From the IMG/VR virus record IMGVR_UViG_3300045988_171491, positions 1 to 37,390 of that record: a DNA stretch of 37,390 bases. One strand, 5' to 3'. A program made the translations under genes and the position numbers. Source of the DNA: a virus. Shown in pieces: positions 1-9,680 of the stretch. Positions within the stretch are counted from its first letter, which is position 1; every line of letters begins with the position of its first letter. The notes under the pieces are model-generated. The model was not told the origin of the DNA. It saw only the letters and a list, made by a program, of their open reading frames with translations, and did not search any database.

Positions 1-55
1 TTCAGAGTGCGATCCAGGCTGTTATCGACTGGTGGAATAATACGCTGGTTCCCGC
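1..55. repeat. Terminal overlap, copy 1 (identical to 37336-37390)
   Basis: Exact 55-nt identity (ttcagagtgcgatccaggctgttatcgactggtggaataatacgctggttcccgc) at both window ends. Confidence 0.95.
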
Positions 56-1607
56 GTGGAATCTGGCTATGGATACCTACGGAAAAATTTTCAAGTGGGT
101 ATACGACACCTGGATTAAGCCAGTCTGGGATTGGATTCAAAAAGCGATCCAGGCTGTTATCGACTGGTGGAATGCCAACATAAAGCCCGCTTGGGATTTG
201 GCGCTCAACGCTCTTGGTACGGCGTTTAAATGGCTTTACGAGACCTGGATTAAACCCGCGTGGGATTCTATCTCGAACGCCATTAAAACCGGCTGGGAAC
301 AATGGATAAAACCGGTGTTTGACACGCTCTCGGATTGGGTGACGAATAAAATCCCGCAGGCATTCGATAACGCGGTGAAAGCTATCGATAATGCCTGGAA
401 AGCTATCCAGGAAGTGGTGAAAGCCCCGGTTAAATTCGTACTCCAAACCGTGGTGAACGATGGTTTCATCAGGCACTTTAATGATTTGGCTGATAAATTC
501 CACATCGACAAGTTGCCCCCGATTGACCTGTCCGGGTGGGCTACGGGTGGCTGGACAGGCCCCGGTAGCAAGTACCAGCCCGCGGGTATTGTTCACGCGG
601 ACGAATTCGTGGTGAAGAAGTCATCGCGCCGCCGGTTCGAGTCCGAGAACCCCGGCGTGCTTGACTACATCAACCGCACGGGCCGCCTGCCCGCAGGGGT
701 CGGTGGTTACGCTGAGGGTGGCCTTGTTGAAAGCATCGGTGGGGCGGTCATCAACTCTGACCTGTGGAAAGCGGGCCGTGAGTTCGTTGGCTCTGCAGCT
801 GGCAAGGTGCTCGATACTGTTATCGAGCCGCTAAAGGGTGTCATTGACAGTATCACGAGTAAGTATCTTGGTTTCCCGGGTCAGCTGATGCGCGGCGGCG
901 CGATCACCATGATTGACGGTGCCGCGAATTGGGTGAAAGACACGCTCAAAGGCAAGAATGAGAGCGGCGGGAACGCCGTTCCGGTCGCTGAGTCTAACGG
1001 TGGCGTCATGCGGTGGAAAGATACAGTCATCCAGGCGCTTGGAATCGCCGGGCTACCCACCAGCGAGCCCTACGTGAATGCGTGGCTCTCGCAGATTCAG
1101 TCCGAGTCGAATGGTGACCCAAATGTCACCCAGAACGGCTATGTTGATGTGAATACCCTCACAGGCGATTTGGCTATGGGCCTGGTGCAGGTGATTGGCG
1201 CAACATTCGCGGCCTTCCGTGACCCGTCACTGCCAAACAACCGGCTCGATCCCCTAGCGAACTTGGTAGCCGGTATGAGGTACGCAAAGGCAAGGTATGG
1301 CTACAGCGACATGCTCGGCGTTATCGGTCACGGCCACGGCTACCATGACGGGGGGCGGGTCGTTCCCACCCTGTTTGATAAGGGCGGGTTGATTACCCGG
1401 GGTGTGCAGGTTATCGACCACCAGCGGAAAACTCCAGACTATGTTCTGACAGCTTCGCAGTGGGATTCGATGCACCGCATCGCGGTCGCCGCCGATAAGC
1501 AGAGCGGCCCCAGCGTGTACATTGACAAGGTTCAAGGCTACACGGGCGAAGAAGTGGCTGAGGAAATCATTAAGCGCAAGCGGCGGGAAGAGGTGCTATC
1601 CCTATGA
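1..1607 (+). CDS. Tail tape measure protein, C-terminal part (continues 34653..37390 across the circular junction)
   Basis: The frame (codons phased from nt 3) continues the open frame leaving at 37390. It has W-rich periodic motifs (WIKPxWDxI). SLT-type lytic transglycosylase motifs (QSESNGDPN, GLVQV, AGMRYAKARYG) lie at about 1000-1320. Stop is at 1605-1607. Confidence 0.9.
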   Translation, partial: QSAIQAVIDWWNNTLVPAWNLAMDTYGKIFKWVYDTWIKPVWDWIQKAIQAVIDWWNANIKPAWDLALNALGTAFKWLYETWIKPAWDSISNAIKTGWEQWIKPVFDTLSDWVTNKIPQAFDNAVKAIDNAWKAIQEVVKAPVKFVLQTVVNDGFIRHFNDLADKFHIDKLPPIDLSGWATGGWTGPGSKYQPAGIVHADEFVVKKSSRRRFESENPGVLDYINRTGRLPAGVGGYAEGGLVESIGGAVINSDLWKAGREFVGSAAGKVLDTVIEPLKGVIDSITSKYLGFPGQLMRGGAITMIDGAANWVKDTLKGKNESGGNAVPVAESNGGVMRWKDTVIQALGIAGLPTSEPYVNAWLSQIQSESNGDPNVTQNGYVDVNTLTGDLAMGLVQVIGATFAAFRDPSLPNNRLDPLANLVAGMRYAKARYGYSDMLGVIGHGHGYHDGGRVVPTLFDKGGLITRGVQVIDHQRKTPDYVLTASQWDSMHRIAVAADKQSGPSVYIDKVQGYTGEEVAEEIIKRKRREEVLSL

Positions 1608-2506
1608 GCATTGGCAATGGGCCACTAATGGTGAGCATTACGCCCGCTAATGGCGGGGCACCGATTCGTCTTGAACCCACAGGCTACGCGCCCCTGAACC
1701 TTCTAGAAGGGGTTGAGGGTCTGGGCATTCCGGCGGTCGAGCATAAGACGGGTACCCGCCCGGGCGGGCACGGTGCGCTGCTGCGTGCCACTCAGGTGAA
1801 AGAGCGGGAGGTTTTCCTCCCGCTCTTGCTCTGGGGCCATAGTCAGGAGCGGGTGCTGCAGGCGTGGGGGGAACTGATAGACGCGGTTTCCCCCACCGAG
1901 GGGTTAGCGACGCTGACGGTGCAGCTACCAGGCGGCACCCCGCGTATGCTTCAAGTTGCATATAAGGATGGGTTGAAGGGTGATTTCGGGGAAAAATACC
2001 GGAAAACTTGGATGAAAGCCGGGCTTACTCTGGTTGCTTTTGACCCCTTCTTCCGTGGGGCTGAGACGGTGGTTTCGTGGGCTCCCAAAGCGAAAGACCC
2101 GAAGCATTTCATTTCCACTACGCAGCCGTTTTTCCCGGTGGTGCTCTCACCCTCAGCGGTGGGTGAGTCCACGGAAGTGATGATTGGCGGGCAGTACCCG
2201 GTCAAGCCGGTGTGGCGCATTACCGGGCCGGTGACTGATGTGAAGGTCACGCATGTGGAGACCGGCGCTTTTTTCCTGGTGCACGAGACCTTCAAGCCAG
2301 GCGAATTCATGGTGATTGACGTGGCGAGCATGGATGTTTTCGACTCTGAGCACACGCGGGGGGAACTGTGGGACAGGATGGACGAGAAATCCACCCTGTT
2401 TGAGCTTTCCCCGGGGAAGAACACGGTCCGGGTGGAAGCTGCCAATATGACTGAGGCGTCTGCTATCCAGCTTGTCTATCAGCCAGCGTACTTGAGAGGA
2501 ATATAG
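1604..2506 (+). CDS. Distal tail protein (Dit-like), by position
   Basis: ATGA start/stop overlap with the tape measure. 300 aa in the first position after the TMP, as in siphoviruses. Confidence 0.6.
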   Translation: MSIGNGPLMVSITPANGGAPIRLEPTGYAPLNLLEGVEGLGIPAVEHKTGTRPGGHGALLRATQVKEREVFLPLLLWGHSQERVLQAWGELIDAVSPTEGLATLTVQLPGGTPRMLQVAYKDGLKGDFGEKYRKTWMKAGLTLVAFDPFFRGAETVVSWAPKAKDPKHFISTTQPFFPVVLSPSAVGESTEVMIGGQYPVKPVWRITGPVTDVKVTHVETGAFFLVHETFKPGEFMVIDVASMDVFDSEHTRGELWDRMDEKSTLFELSPGKNTVRVEAANMTEASAIQLVYQPAYLRGI

Positions 2507-2508
2507 GC

Positions 2509-3609
2509 GTGGTGACAGTCACGATGGTTGATGAGGGGTTGCGTCCCCGCGGTCAGTTGCACGTGCAGAAGGTGCAGGTGGTGATGCGGAAAAACCAGCC
2601 GCATACCTTCGCGGTGGATGTGGCCCCCGCTTCGCTCAACGCGGCCCGGCGGGTGGGTGAAGGGTGGTGGCTGATTATCCGTGACGGCGACCTGGAAATT
2701 TCCGGGCCGGTAACTGGGTTTCATCGCACCACGAAAAACGGTGTAGCTGAGCTGGAAATTTCCGGGTCATCGGCGCTGTGCCTGGTGGGTGACCGGCTCA
2801 CCTTCCCTGACCCGGCGCATGATGAGGCCCACCAGCAGGCCGCCCGGTATCAGCGGCGCGGGGCGGGTGAGACCGTCATTAAAGAGCTGGTGAATCTGAA
2901 TACCGGCGCGGGCGCTATCCCCGCCCGGCGGGTGGACGCGCTGGATGTAGCCCCGGATAAAGCCCGGGGCGGGCAGGTGAGTGTGGACACCAGGCTCAAG
3001 AATCTTTTGGAAGTCGCCACCGGCCTGGCTGATGAGGCGGGGCTGTTGATGGTGTGCGGCCTCACGGGGCGGCGCATCACCTTTGATGTGCGCCCGGTGC
3101 GTGATTTATCGCGGCGGGTGCGGCTCTCTCATGTGACCGGTGAAACTACGGGATGGGAGATGACTTCCCGAGCTGGGACAGCTACCGCCGTGGTGGTAGG
3201 CGGGCAAGGCGAAGGCGCAGATAGGACACTCACGTCTGTGACAGCAACCGACGGGTACCGGCGGCGTATCGAAATTTTCAAAGACCGCCGCGATACCGAC
3301 GATGCGGCGGCGTTAGAGAAATCAGCGCGGGAAGAGCTGCAGAAAGGCGCACCTGAACGGACGCTGAAGCTCACGCTCGCAGAATCACCCACCCGTCGCT
3401 TCGGGGAAGATTTCACCGTTGGGGACACCATCACTCTTGATTTAGAGCCTGGTGTCACCCCGTATGCGGCCCCGGTGGTGGAAGCAAAAATCACGTGGGA
3501 AGCCGCTGCCCGTGAGGTTGAGCTCACGGTCGGCGGGCTGGATAAGACCCCAGCAGATGCGCGGGTAGAGCGGCTGCGGCGTGAGCTGTCGCAGATCATC
3601 ACCATCTAG
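2509..3609 (+). CDS. Tail-tip / minor tail protein (Tal position)
   Basis: GTG start 3 nt after the upstream stop. 366 aa, second gene after the TMP. The call is by synteny only. Confidence 0.5.
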   Translation: MVTVTMVDEGLRPRGQLHVQKVQVVMRKNQPHTFAVDVAPASLNAARRVGEGWWLIIRDGDLEISGPVTGFHRTTKNGVAELEISGSSALCLVGDRLTFPDPAHDEAHQQAARYQRRGAGETVIKELVNLNTGAGAIPARRVDALDVAPDKARGGQVSVDTRLKNLLEVATGLADEAGLLMVCGLTGRRITFDVRPVRDLSRRVRLSHVTGETTGWEMTSRAGTATAVVVGGQGEGADRTLTSVTATDGYRRRIEIFKDRRDTDDAAALEKSAREELQKGAPERTLKLTLAESPTRRFGEDFTVGDTITLDLEPGVTPYAAPVVEAKITWEAAAREVELTVGGLDKTPADARVERLRRELSQIITI

Positions 3610-3629
3610 GAGAAAAAGAGGAAAAAGTA

Positions 3630-4619
3630 ATGACTGAAAGCCAAGAAACATTTCCGGTGGTGAATAAGCCGCTGTCTGCGTCGCAGTGGGAGTCGGTGAC
3701 ATCCGGGCTTGGAAACGGGGTTATCGACGCTGGTGACGGCGGTTACCGGCTGTCTTTTGATAATGCGACGGATACGGTGACGGTGGCACCGCCTCTGGTG
3801 TGGCCCCGGTACGCGCACTCTGCGGTCGCCGGGTACTATCACCGGCTCTATGAGGCGGTGAAGCTGTCGGTGCCGCCGGTAACGATATTCACCGTCTATA
3901 GTGTGGTGCTCTGTTACGACCCCGTGAAAGCTGACACTAAACCCGTAGAGCTGAAGGTCGTTAAAGGCGCACTGGATCAGTCAAACGGCAAGAAGTATCT
4001 GGTGCTGGCCACAATTGAGCGTGAGCCGAACCGGATTCTGACGGATTCCAGGATTATCAAGCAGGCTCCGCGCATCACACCCGCCGCTGAGGTGGAGACC
4101 TGGGAAGCCCTGCCCATCCCCGAAAACTTCCTACTTGGCACGCTCATGCACGTGCAGTCCACCGCATCGGTCTACCGGAATTCCAAGGTGAACGGCAGGT
4201 TGCAGTGGGTGCGTATCAGTGGAACCACTGCCCAAAATACGCTGAGTATGCCCGGGTGGCGGCTTCGGTCTAATATCCCCGGCGGGATGCTCATCACCCC
4301 TACCCCTGACGGGTGGAAATGCGAATTTCACGGGCAGTTCATCCGCGATGCCTTCGATTACACGGTGGGCGACCAGTGGTCTGACGTGGGGGAATTCATT
4401 CCGCCCCGGTTCCGTCGAGACGAATTTAGCGATATTCAGGTCGCTGGCACCTATTTCGACCCGAATACCGGTGCGGTGCCTGTCACCTACACGGTAAATT
4501 TTCAGACCGGTGTTTTGTCGGTGCGGATGCCCCGCGGGCAGTCTCTTTTTATCCGCAAGGAAGGCGCATTGAATCTGTCGGTGACCTGGGTGTCGAAGCG
4601 TGAAAGGGCTGAATCCTGA
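3630..4619 (+). CDS. Minor tail protein
   Basis: AGGAGAAAAAGAGG RBS region upstream of the ATG; 329 aa within the tail-tip gene block. Confidence 0.45.
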   Translation: MTESQETFPVVNKPLSASQWESVTSGLGNGVIDAGDGGYRLSFDNATDTVTVAPPLVWPRYAHSAVAGYYHRLYEAVKLSVPPVTIFTVYSVVLCYDPVKADTKPVELKVVKGALDQSNGKKYLVLATIEREPNRILTDSRIIKQAPRITPAAEVETWEALPIPENFLLGTLMHVQSTASVYRNSKVNGRLQWVRISGTTAQNTLSMPGWRLRSNIPGGMLITPTPDGWKCEFHGQFIRDAFDYTVGDQWSDVGEFIPPRFRRDEFSDIQVAGTYFDPNTGAVPVTYTVNFQTGVLSVRMPRGQSLFIRKEGALNLSVTWVSKRERAES

Positions 4620-5014
4620 TGGTTGAAAAAGTAACCTTGCGGGGGCGGCTTATCGACCCCGCCGGGCGGGCGCTGCAAGGGGACGTGATTCTCACCGCCA
4701 CCCGGGCGGGAGCGCAAGAGACCGGCCCGGACGTTTTCGCGGGGGCTGTGCGGCAGCCCCTAGACCCGGACGGCACCGTGAAATTCGTGGTCTACCCCGG
4801 CGCATACCGTATCCGGTACGCCCTCACCACACACCAAGGCATCCCCGTGCGCATCGATGACAGCCGCATCACCCTGACCGGCGACGCCGAACTATCCGCG
4901 CTGCTATGGGCCGGGAAAACAGCGGGCCGGGCGGGCCCACCAGAGCTGCTAGATTCGCTGGTGCAGGTACGCACCGCCCCCGGTGAAGTGATTTTCAAGC
5001 GTCGAAAGGCATAA
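4619..5014 (+). CDS. Small tail-fibre-associated protein (beta-sandwich-like)
   Basis: ATG overlaps the upstream TGA (translational coupling). 131 aa in the tail block. Function is inferred from position only. Confidence 0.35.
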   Translation: MVEKVTLRGRLIDPAGRALQGDVILTATRAGAQETGPDVFAGAVRQPLDPDGTVKFVVYPGAYRIRYALTTHQGIPVRIDDSRITLTGDAELSALLWAGKTAGRAGPPELLDSLVQVRTAPGEVIFKRRKA

Positions 5015-5017
5015 ATC

Positions 5018-6703
5018 GTGAGCGAAACAATTGAAGAACTGCGGCTGGTGGCCCTCACCGAGGCCGGTGAGCTGGACGGGGCCGCGAAAGCGCACGTGGT
5101 GAGCATCGCAAAAGCTGAAGCCGCCGCCGCCGCGCAAACAGTGATCGCGCAAACCCCCACCGCAATGGATGTTGAGAAAAAGCTTGACGCCTCTGTCTTC
5201 CAGGCATATGTGGCGCAGAACCCCGGCGGCGCACCCGCAGCTGGGCCCGCCCCGTCCGTTGCGGTCACCGACCATAAAAACGGCACAGCAACCATCGGGG
5301 CGGTCACCGTCCCAACCATCGCCGGGAACACCTTCACCGGGCCAGCCGCCGCAGCCGTGCGCTCCATCACCAGCGGAAACGCCCTGGACGTGACCTCACC
5401 AGAATTCGGGGCAGACCCCACCGGTGCCACCGACTCAACCCACGCGATCCAGGCCGCCATCGACAAAGCAGCATCCAACCCGCACGGCGGGTCAGTGCGC
5501 ATCCCCGCCGGAACCTACACGGTCACCTACCCATTCATCCGGCTCAAAGGCTGGGTTGATGTTCATGGGGACGGGCTCAGCACCCGGATCGTCGCCACCA
5601 ACAGCACCCCCGTGCCCGAAAAAACCGGTGTATTCCACACCGGCACCTACAACACCCGCGCCGAGGAACGCACCCTGTTCCGCCCCTCCGTGCGGAACAT
5701 GTTCATCACCACCGGCGCGGCGAACAGCCACACACCACCCATCCCCAACATTTGCGGCATCGTGCTCAACACCGACCTGGGCGACGGGCCCGCAGACCCA
5801 GACGCCGTGCCCCGCATCGAAAACTTAGAAATTTGGGATACCGATACTGGTATGGCAATTTTCGGGCGTGACGATCAAGGCATGAAAATCAGTGCGGTGC
5901 GGGTACGCCGCACCCTCAACCAGGGAATCATCGTCGGTAAACCCCCGAGCCACCCCGAAAACCTAGCCAAAGTCAAGGGCTGGCCCGGCGGCGCAGACAA
6001 CAACTTCACGATGGTCGAAGTCTCAGGGGCCAACATGAGCGGCGGCGGCAACGCCGGGATAGAAATCTACACATCTCAATGCCACTTCACAGACTGCAAA
6101 AGCTGGTACAACACCCGCACCCGCCCCTGGCAAGACCTCTACGGGCTCACCACACCCGCGCTCACCAGCGCGGGCGCGCTGGCTGGTGCGCGGGTTGAGA
6201 TGGGCGCTGAGGTGTCTGCTGGCGCGTCCCGGAACAGGGAGTGGATGCACGCAGGGGCCGGTTTCTATATCCGGGCGACTCGCACGATCATGCAGGGCTG
6301 TGAGGCGCAAGAGAACGGCGGTCATGGCTTCATGGTTGAGTGGGGCCGTAATCAGCTCATGAATTGTTTGGCTGAATCGTCATCCTGGCATGACTCTGTG
6401 TCTGGTGCGGCGGCCCCGGGTGAGGCGGCTGACTTCTACATCTGCAACGATGCGCGGGGCAGTGTCCTATCGGGCTGCAGGTCGGATAATCCGCATGAGA
6501 CTGAGAACCCGGGGAAAGGCAGCCGGTGGGGCTTCTACGTGGAAACCTATATTGAGAGGCTGCGGGTGCGTGATGGGATGTGCGATAACCATGCGCGGGA
6601 TCGTATCGCATGTATCGGGAAAACCCTACGCGATGGGGTTTTGATTGACATTGAAACTATTTTTAAGTCCACGTTGGAGAGGCATAAGGCGGTGCAGCAG
6701 TGA
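5018..6703 (+). CDS. Tailspike / depolymerase with pectate-lyase-type right-handed beta-helix
   Basis: N-terminal signature NALDVTSPEFGADPTGATDSTHAIQAAIDKA...GGSVRIPAGTYTV is typical of pectate_lyase_3 / glycoside hydrolase 28-related tailspikes. 561 aa. Confidence 0.75.
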   Translation: MSETIEELRLVALTEAGELDGAAKAHVVSIAKAEAAAAAQTVIAQTPTAMDVEKKLDASVFQAYVAQNPGGAPAAGPAPSVAVTDHKNGTATIGAVTVPTIAGNTFTGPAAAAVRSITSGNALDVTSPEFGADPTGATDSTHAIQAAIDKAASNPHGGSVRIPAGTYTVTYPFIRLKGWVDVHGDGLSTRIVATNSTPVPEKTGVFHTGTYNTRAEERTLFRPSVRNMFITTGAANSHTPPIPNICGIVLNTDLGDGPADPDAVPRIENLEIWDTDTGMAIFGRDDQGMKISAVRVRRTLNQGIIVGKPPSHPENLAKVKGWPGGADNNFTMVEVSGANMSGGGNAGIEIYTSQCHFTDCKSWYNTRTRPWQDLYGLTTPALTSAGALAGARVEMGAEVSAGASRNREWMHAGAGFYIRATRTIMQGCEAQENGGHGFMVEWGRNQLMNCLAESSSWHDSVSGAAAPGEAADFYICNDARGSVLSGCRSDNPHETENPGKGSRWGFYVETYIERLRVRDGMCDNHARDRIACIGKTLRDGVLIDIETIFKSTLERHKAVQQ

Positions 6704-7887
6704 GTAGCTACGGGACAGTAACAGGTAAATTTGTGACCCACCAGGAATTCGGTGGGGCGCCGGTGCCGCTGTCTGGGACGGTGGATTTCGTGCCGTCAAG
6801 CACGGCGGTGGGTGAGTCCACGGTGTACGCTTCGGCGTCTCGCACCGGGTGGGTGCGTGACGGCGTGCTTTTTGAGAGCGCGAACGGCGAGGTTCAGGGC
6901 GTGAAGCTGCTGGCCCCGGAAGGCGTGAAGCCTAGCACTCTGCATTACACGGTGTACGCTCATTTGGTGGATGATGCGGGCCGGGCGGCCCCGATTAAAC
7001 CAGCGGTGATTACAATCGCTGCGGGGCTGTCAGTGGATTTGTCTGCTGCTGTTCCGGTGAGTGAGGCGGTTTTTCCGTCGCAGGCCCCGGCCCCAGGTGG
7101 CGGTGGTAAGGGTGAGCCGCAGCGGCTTAGCCTTGAGGGCCGCAGGCTGTCGCTGTCGGATGGTGGCGGGTCGGTTGTTATCCCGGAAACTGATTTAACG
7201 GCTTTGACGATCCGGGTGAGTGCTTTAGAAAACCGCCCTGTTTCGCGGCAGCGGCTAGATATTTCTGGTAGGCGGGTAACTCTATCGGATGGGGGCGGGT
7301 CGGTTGATATTCCTGAGACTGATGTAACGGCGCTCATGGCACTAGCTGAGGCCCTTAAGCAGCGGGTGGAAAAACTGGAATCTCAGCGCCCCGCCGCCGC
7401 GGCGGCTGTTCCAGCCGTGCAGGATACGGGAATCCGCCTGCTGGAAACGATCAGCGTCAGCGGTGGCCTGTGCGATGTGCTCATACGGCGGGTGGGGAGC
7501 ACGGTGCAGGCGTGGATGGTAACCACTAACCCAGACCGCCTGGAAGGCGGGGCGGGGCCGCAGTTCACAAAAGCCCCGGTCGATCTCCAAAGCAAAGCTA
7601 TACCGAGCGGATTTTTGCCAGCACTAGGGGGCAACCCGAACCACCCAAACCGCGAGAACATAGTTCGTTATATGCACGATAACCGTTTCGCTGCCACCGC
7701 CCCGGTTGTCTCAAACATCGGGAACGGTTTGCCTACAACCGTGGGGACTATCGCATTTTTCGGGTGGTCTAATAGCCTTATTATGCGCATCGACCGGAAT
7801 CAGGGACGCTCCGCTATGGGGACACTTGTGTGGACAACAACAGACGCTTGGCCCGCAGTGCTTCCCGGCACCCCCTACGAAAACTAA
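6700..7887 (+). CDS. Tail fibre / receptor-binding protein with internal tandem duplication
   Basis: GTGA overlap with the upstream gene. Two tandem ~43-aa units (QRLxxxGRRxxLSDGGGSVxIPETDxTAL) are encoded at 7120-7248 and 7249-~7377. A coiled-coil segment follows. Confidence 0.5.
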   Translation: MSSYGTVTGKFVTHQEFGGAPVPLSGTVDFVPSSTAVGESTVYASASRTGWVRDGVLFESANGEVQGVKLLAPEGVKPSTLHYTVYAHLVDDAGRAAPIKPAVITIAAGLSVDLSAAVPVSEAVFPSQAPAPGGGGKGEPQRLSLEGRRLSLSDGGGSVVIPETDLTALTIRVSALENRPVSRQRLDISGRRVTLSDGGGSVDIPETDVTALMALAEALKQRVEKLESQRPAAAAAVPAVQDTGIRLLETISVSGGLCDVLIRRVGSTVQAWMVTTNPDRLEGGAGPQFTKAPVDLQSKAIPSGFLPALGGNPNHPNRENIVRYMHDNRFAATAPVVSNIGNGLPTTVGTIAFFGWSNSLIMRIDRNQGRSAMGTLVWTTTDAWPAVLPGTPYEN

Positions 7888-7904
7888 CCCTATAGGAGGA
7901 AAAA

Positions 7905-8273
7905 ATGAATATAACATCAAAAGGAATTATCGCCGCCGCTAGTGACGCAGCTCTTTTGCGCCGTGAAATCGCGTTAGCTGCAGCAGCGGGTGTGGATAAC
8001 CCGCAAGCTTGGGTAGAGGCTCACCGCCACCGCCTGGCTGCTGCGCCTATCTCAGCGGAAGAAAACGCCCAATCTCTTTCTGAAGTATACGTTTACGCCG
8101 TATCTGAGTATGAGAAGAAGCGTAATATTGCCGCAGCAAAATTAGCTGAAGCTCAAGCCGCCCTGGATGAGCTGGTGCCCCCTGGTGAAGACCCGCTGGT
8201 GGTCACCGACACCCATCTGCAGAATGGGGTTGAACACCTTATTAAGGCGTTGAAGGAACAGCCGGGGGCCTAG
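7905..8273 (+). CDS. Hypothetical protein
   Basis: Strong RBS (TAGGAGGAAAAA) before the ATG; 122 aa, Ala-rich helical protein between the fibre and lysis genes. Confidence 0.5.
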   Translation: MNITSKGIIAAASDAALLRREIALAAAAGVDNPQAWVEAHRHRLAAAPISAEENAQSLSEVYVYAVSEYEKKRNIAAAKLAEAQAALDELVPPGEDPLVVTDTHLQNGVEHLIKALKEQPGA

Positions 8274-8672
8274 ATGATTGACCTGACCACTGTTGTGGTC
8301 GCGGCGGTCTCTGCGATGAGCGGCACGGGTCTGACAGCGTTTTTCACCTGGTGGGGAAATCATGAGTCTACCGGGGCGGCGCTGGAGAAAGAGCGGCTGA
8401 ATGCAACACGGCAAGAGCTGGGCGATTTACGGCTTGAGGTGAAGGCGCTGCGGGCTGAGCTTCATGCCGTTGAGGCCCGCTCACGCACGGACAGAATGGC
8501 TGCGATGCTGTCTGCAGCTCATATTTCGCGGCTGGTCGCCCATATTGATGCGGGTGACCCGCCGCCCGCGCCGCCGCTGCCGGTTGAGCTCGCTGACTAT
8601 ATGCGCACCATGTGGGATGATCCGCAGGGTGCGCATTCTGCTGAGGGTGGGCGGGCACCACCCACCGCGTGA
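8274..8672 (+). CDS. Membrane-anchored coiled-coil protein in the lysis cassette
   Basis: ATG directly follows the upstream TAG. It has an N-terminal hydrophobic helix (LTTVVVAAVSAMSGTGLTAFFTWW), then a coiled coil. It lies immediately upstream of the endolysin. Confidence 0.45.
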   Translation: MIDLTTVVVAAVSAMSGTGLTAFFTWWGNHESTGAALEKERLNATRQELGDLRLEVKALRAELHAVEARSRTDRMAAMLSAAHISRLVAHIDAGDPPPAPPLPVELADYMRTMWDDPQGAHSAEGGRAPPTA

Positions 8673-8776
8673 GCATTCTTTTTCTGAAAAATTTTTTTGA
8701 TTATACGCATACTGTGAGGGCCTGCGCCGTGATGGTGCGGGCCCTTTGGTGTGCACCTGATTATTGGAGGTGTGCT

Positions 8777-9370
8777 GTGTCTCAGTACGAGGATATTACG
8801 CACTATAATTCGCCTGAAAATTCTTACACCCCGGCGAATCGCACAGTTGATGAGATTGACACTATTGGCATTCACCATTGGGGTGCGGATGGGCAGAAGT
8901 TTGATGGGGTGTGCCGCTTCTTCGAGTCTGGCCCTGGCACTAGCGCCCATTTCGTGGTGGAAGCTGGTAAGTGTGCTCAGCTGGTGGATATTAAGGACAT
9001 CGCGTGGCATTTTGGGAATTGGCCCGCGAATCAGCGCTCTATTGGCATTGAGTGCCGCCCGGAAATGAGCCCCGAAGATTTTGAGACCGTCGCCCAGGTG
9101 ATCGCGGACATCGAAACCTACTACAACAAGAGCTTCTACATTCACGGGCATAAGGACTTTTTCAATACCGCCTGCCCGGGCCGCTGGTACGGCCAGCTGG
9201 ATCGTCTGATTGACCGGGTGAATGCAATCAAGGAAGGCCGCTCTGATGGGGCACCGGCCCCGCTTCCTAAGGCTGAGGTGAACCGTATCCGGGCTGAGTG
9301 GGAAAAGCTGGGGGCTGCGATTAGCCAGGCGCAGGCGGCGCACGTGTCGCTAGGAAAGGAGCTGGGCTAA
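8777..9370 (+). CDS. Endolysin, N-acetylmuramoyl-L-alanine amidase (amidase_2/PGRP type)
   Basis: Motifs IGIHHWG, SAHFVV, IAWH, SIGIE, HGHKDF..TACPG. GTG 8777 lies 6 nt after GGAGG. The track ORF start at 8669 is probably too long. Confidence 0.85.
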   Translation: MSQYEDITHYNSPENSYTPANRTVDEIDTIGIHHWGADGQKFDGVCRFFESGPGTSAHFVVEAGKCAQLVDIKDIAWHFGNWPANQRSIGIECRPEMSPEDFETVAQVIADIETYYNKSFYIHGHKDFFNTACPGRWYGQLDRLIDRVNAIKEGRSDGAPAPLPKAEVNRIRAEWEKLGAAISQAQAAHVSLGKELG

Positions 9371-9372
9371 AA

Positions 9373-9630
9373 ATGAATGCTCTATCGTGGTTATCTCCAA
9401 ATGTGCGGGCGTGGCTCTATCGCGTAGCGCTGGTTGTCATGCCGCTGCTGGTTGCCTATGGCTTGCTGGATGGGTCGAAGGTCACTTTGTGGGCTGCGCT
9501 GGTTGGGTCTGTGCTGGTGCCTGGTGTGGCCGCCGTGCACACGCCTACCGATGCGGCAGCCCCGGATGAGCCGGGCGGGCCGGTTGATGAATCTGGTGCC
9601 CCGTACCACCCGAAGCATCTAGACGAATAG
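9373..9630 (+). CDS. Holin (two-TM actinophage type)
   Basis: 85 aa with two hydrophobic helices (AWLYRVALVVMPLLVAYGLL / LWAALVGSVLVPGVAAV) and a charged C-terminus. It lies directly after the endolysin. Confidence 0.65.
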   Translation: MNALSWLSPNVRAWLYRVALVVMPLLVAYGLLDGSKVTLWAALVGSVLVPGVAAVHTPTDAAAPDEPGGPVDESGAPYHPKHLDE

Positions 9631-9636
9631 GCTGCT

Positions 9637-9680
9637 AAAAAATGGGCCCCTCACCATTACGGTGAGGGGCCCATTTTTTG
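9637..9680. terminator. Bidirectional intrinsic terminator between the convergent late (+) and accessory (-) transcription units
   Basis: Perfect 12-bp stem GGGCCCCTCACC/GGTGAGGGGCCC (9644-9655 / 9661-9672), flanked by an A-run upstream and a T-run downstream. Confidence 0.85.

Noticed and set aside
8669-8776. The N-terminal extension of the endolysin ORF given in the track
   Set aside because: The region contains an intergenic-looking AT-rich stretch and a hairpin. A GGAGG RBS precedes GTG 8777, where the amidase domain begins.
9387-9622. Alternative-frame ORFs inside the holin gene (9387..9569, 9434..9622, 9391..9618)
   Set aside because: They are Cys/Trp/Arg-rich translations of a GC-rich gene. 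The 9373..9630 frame gives a textbook two-TM holin.
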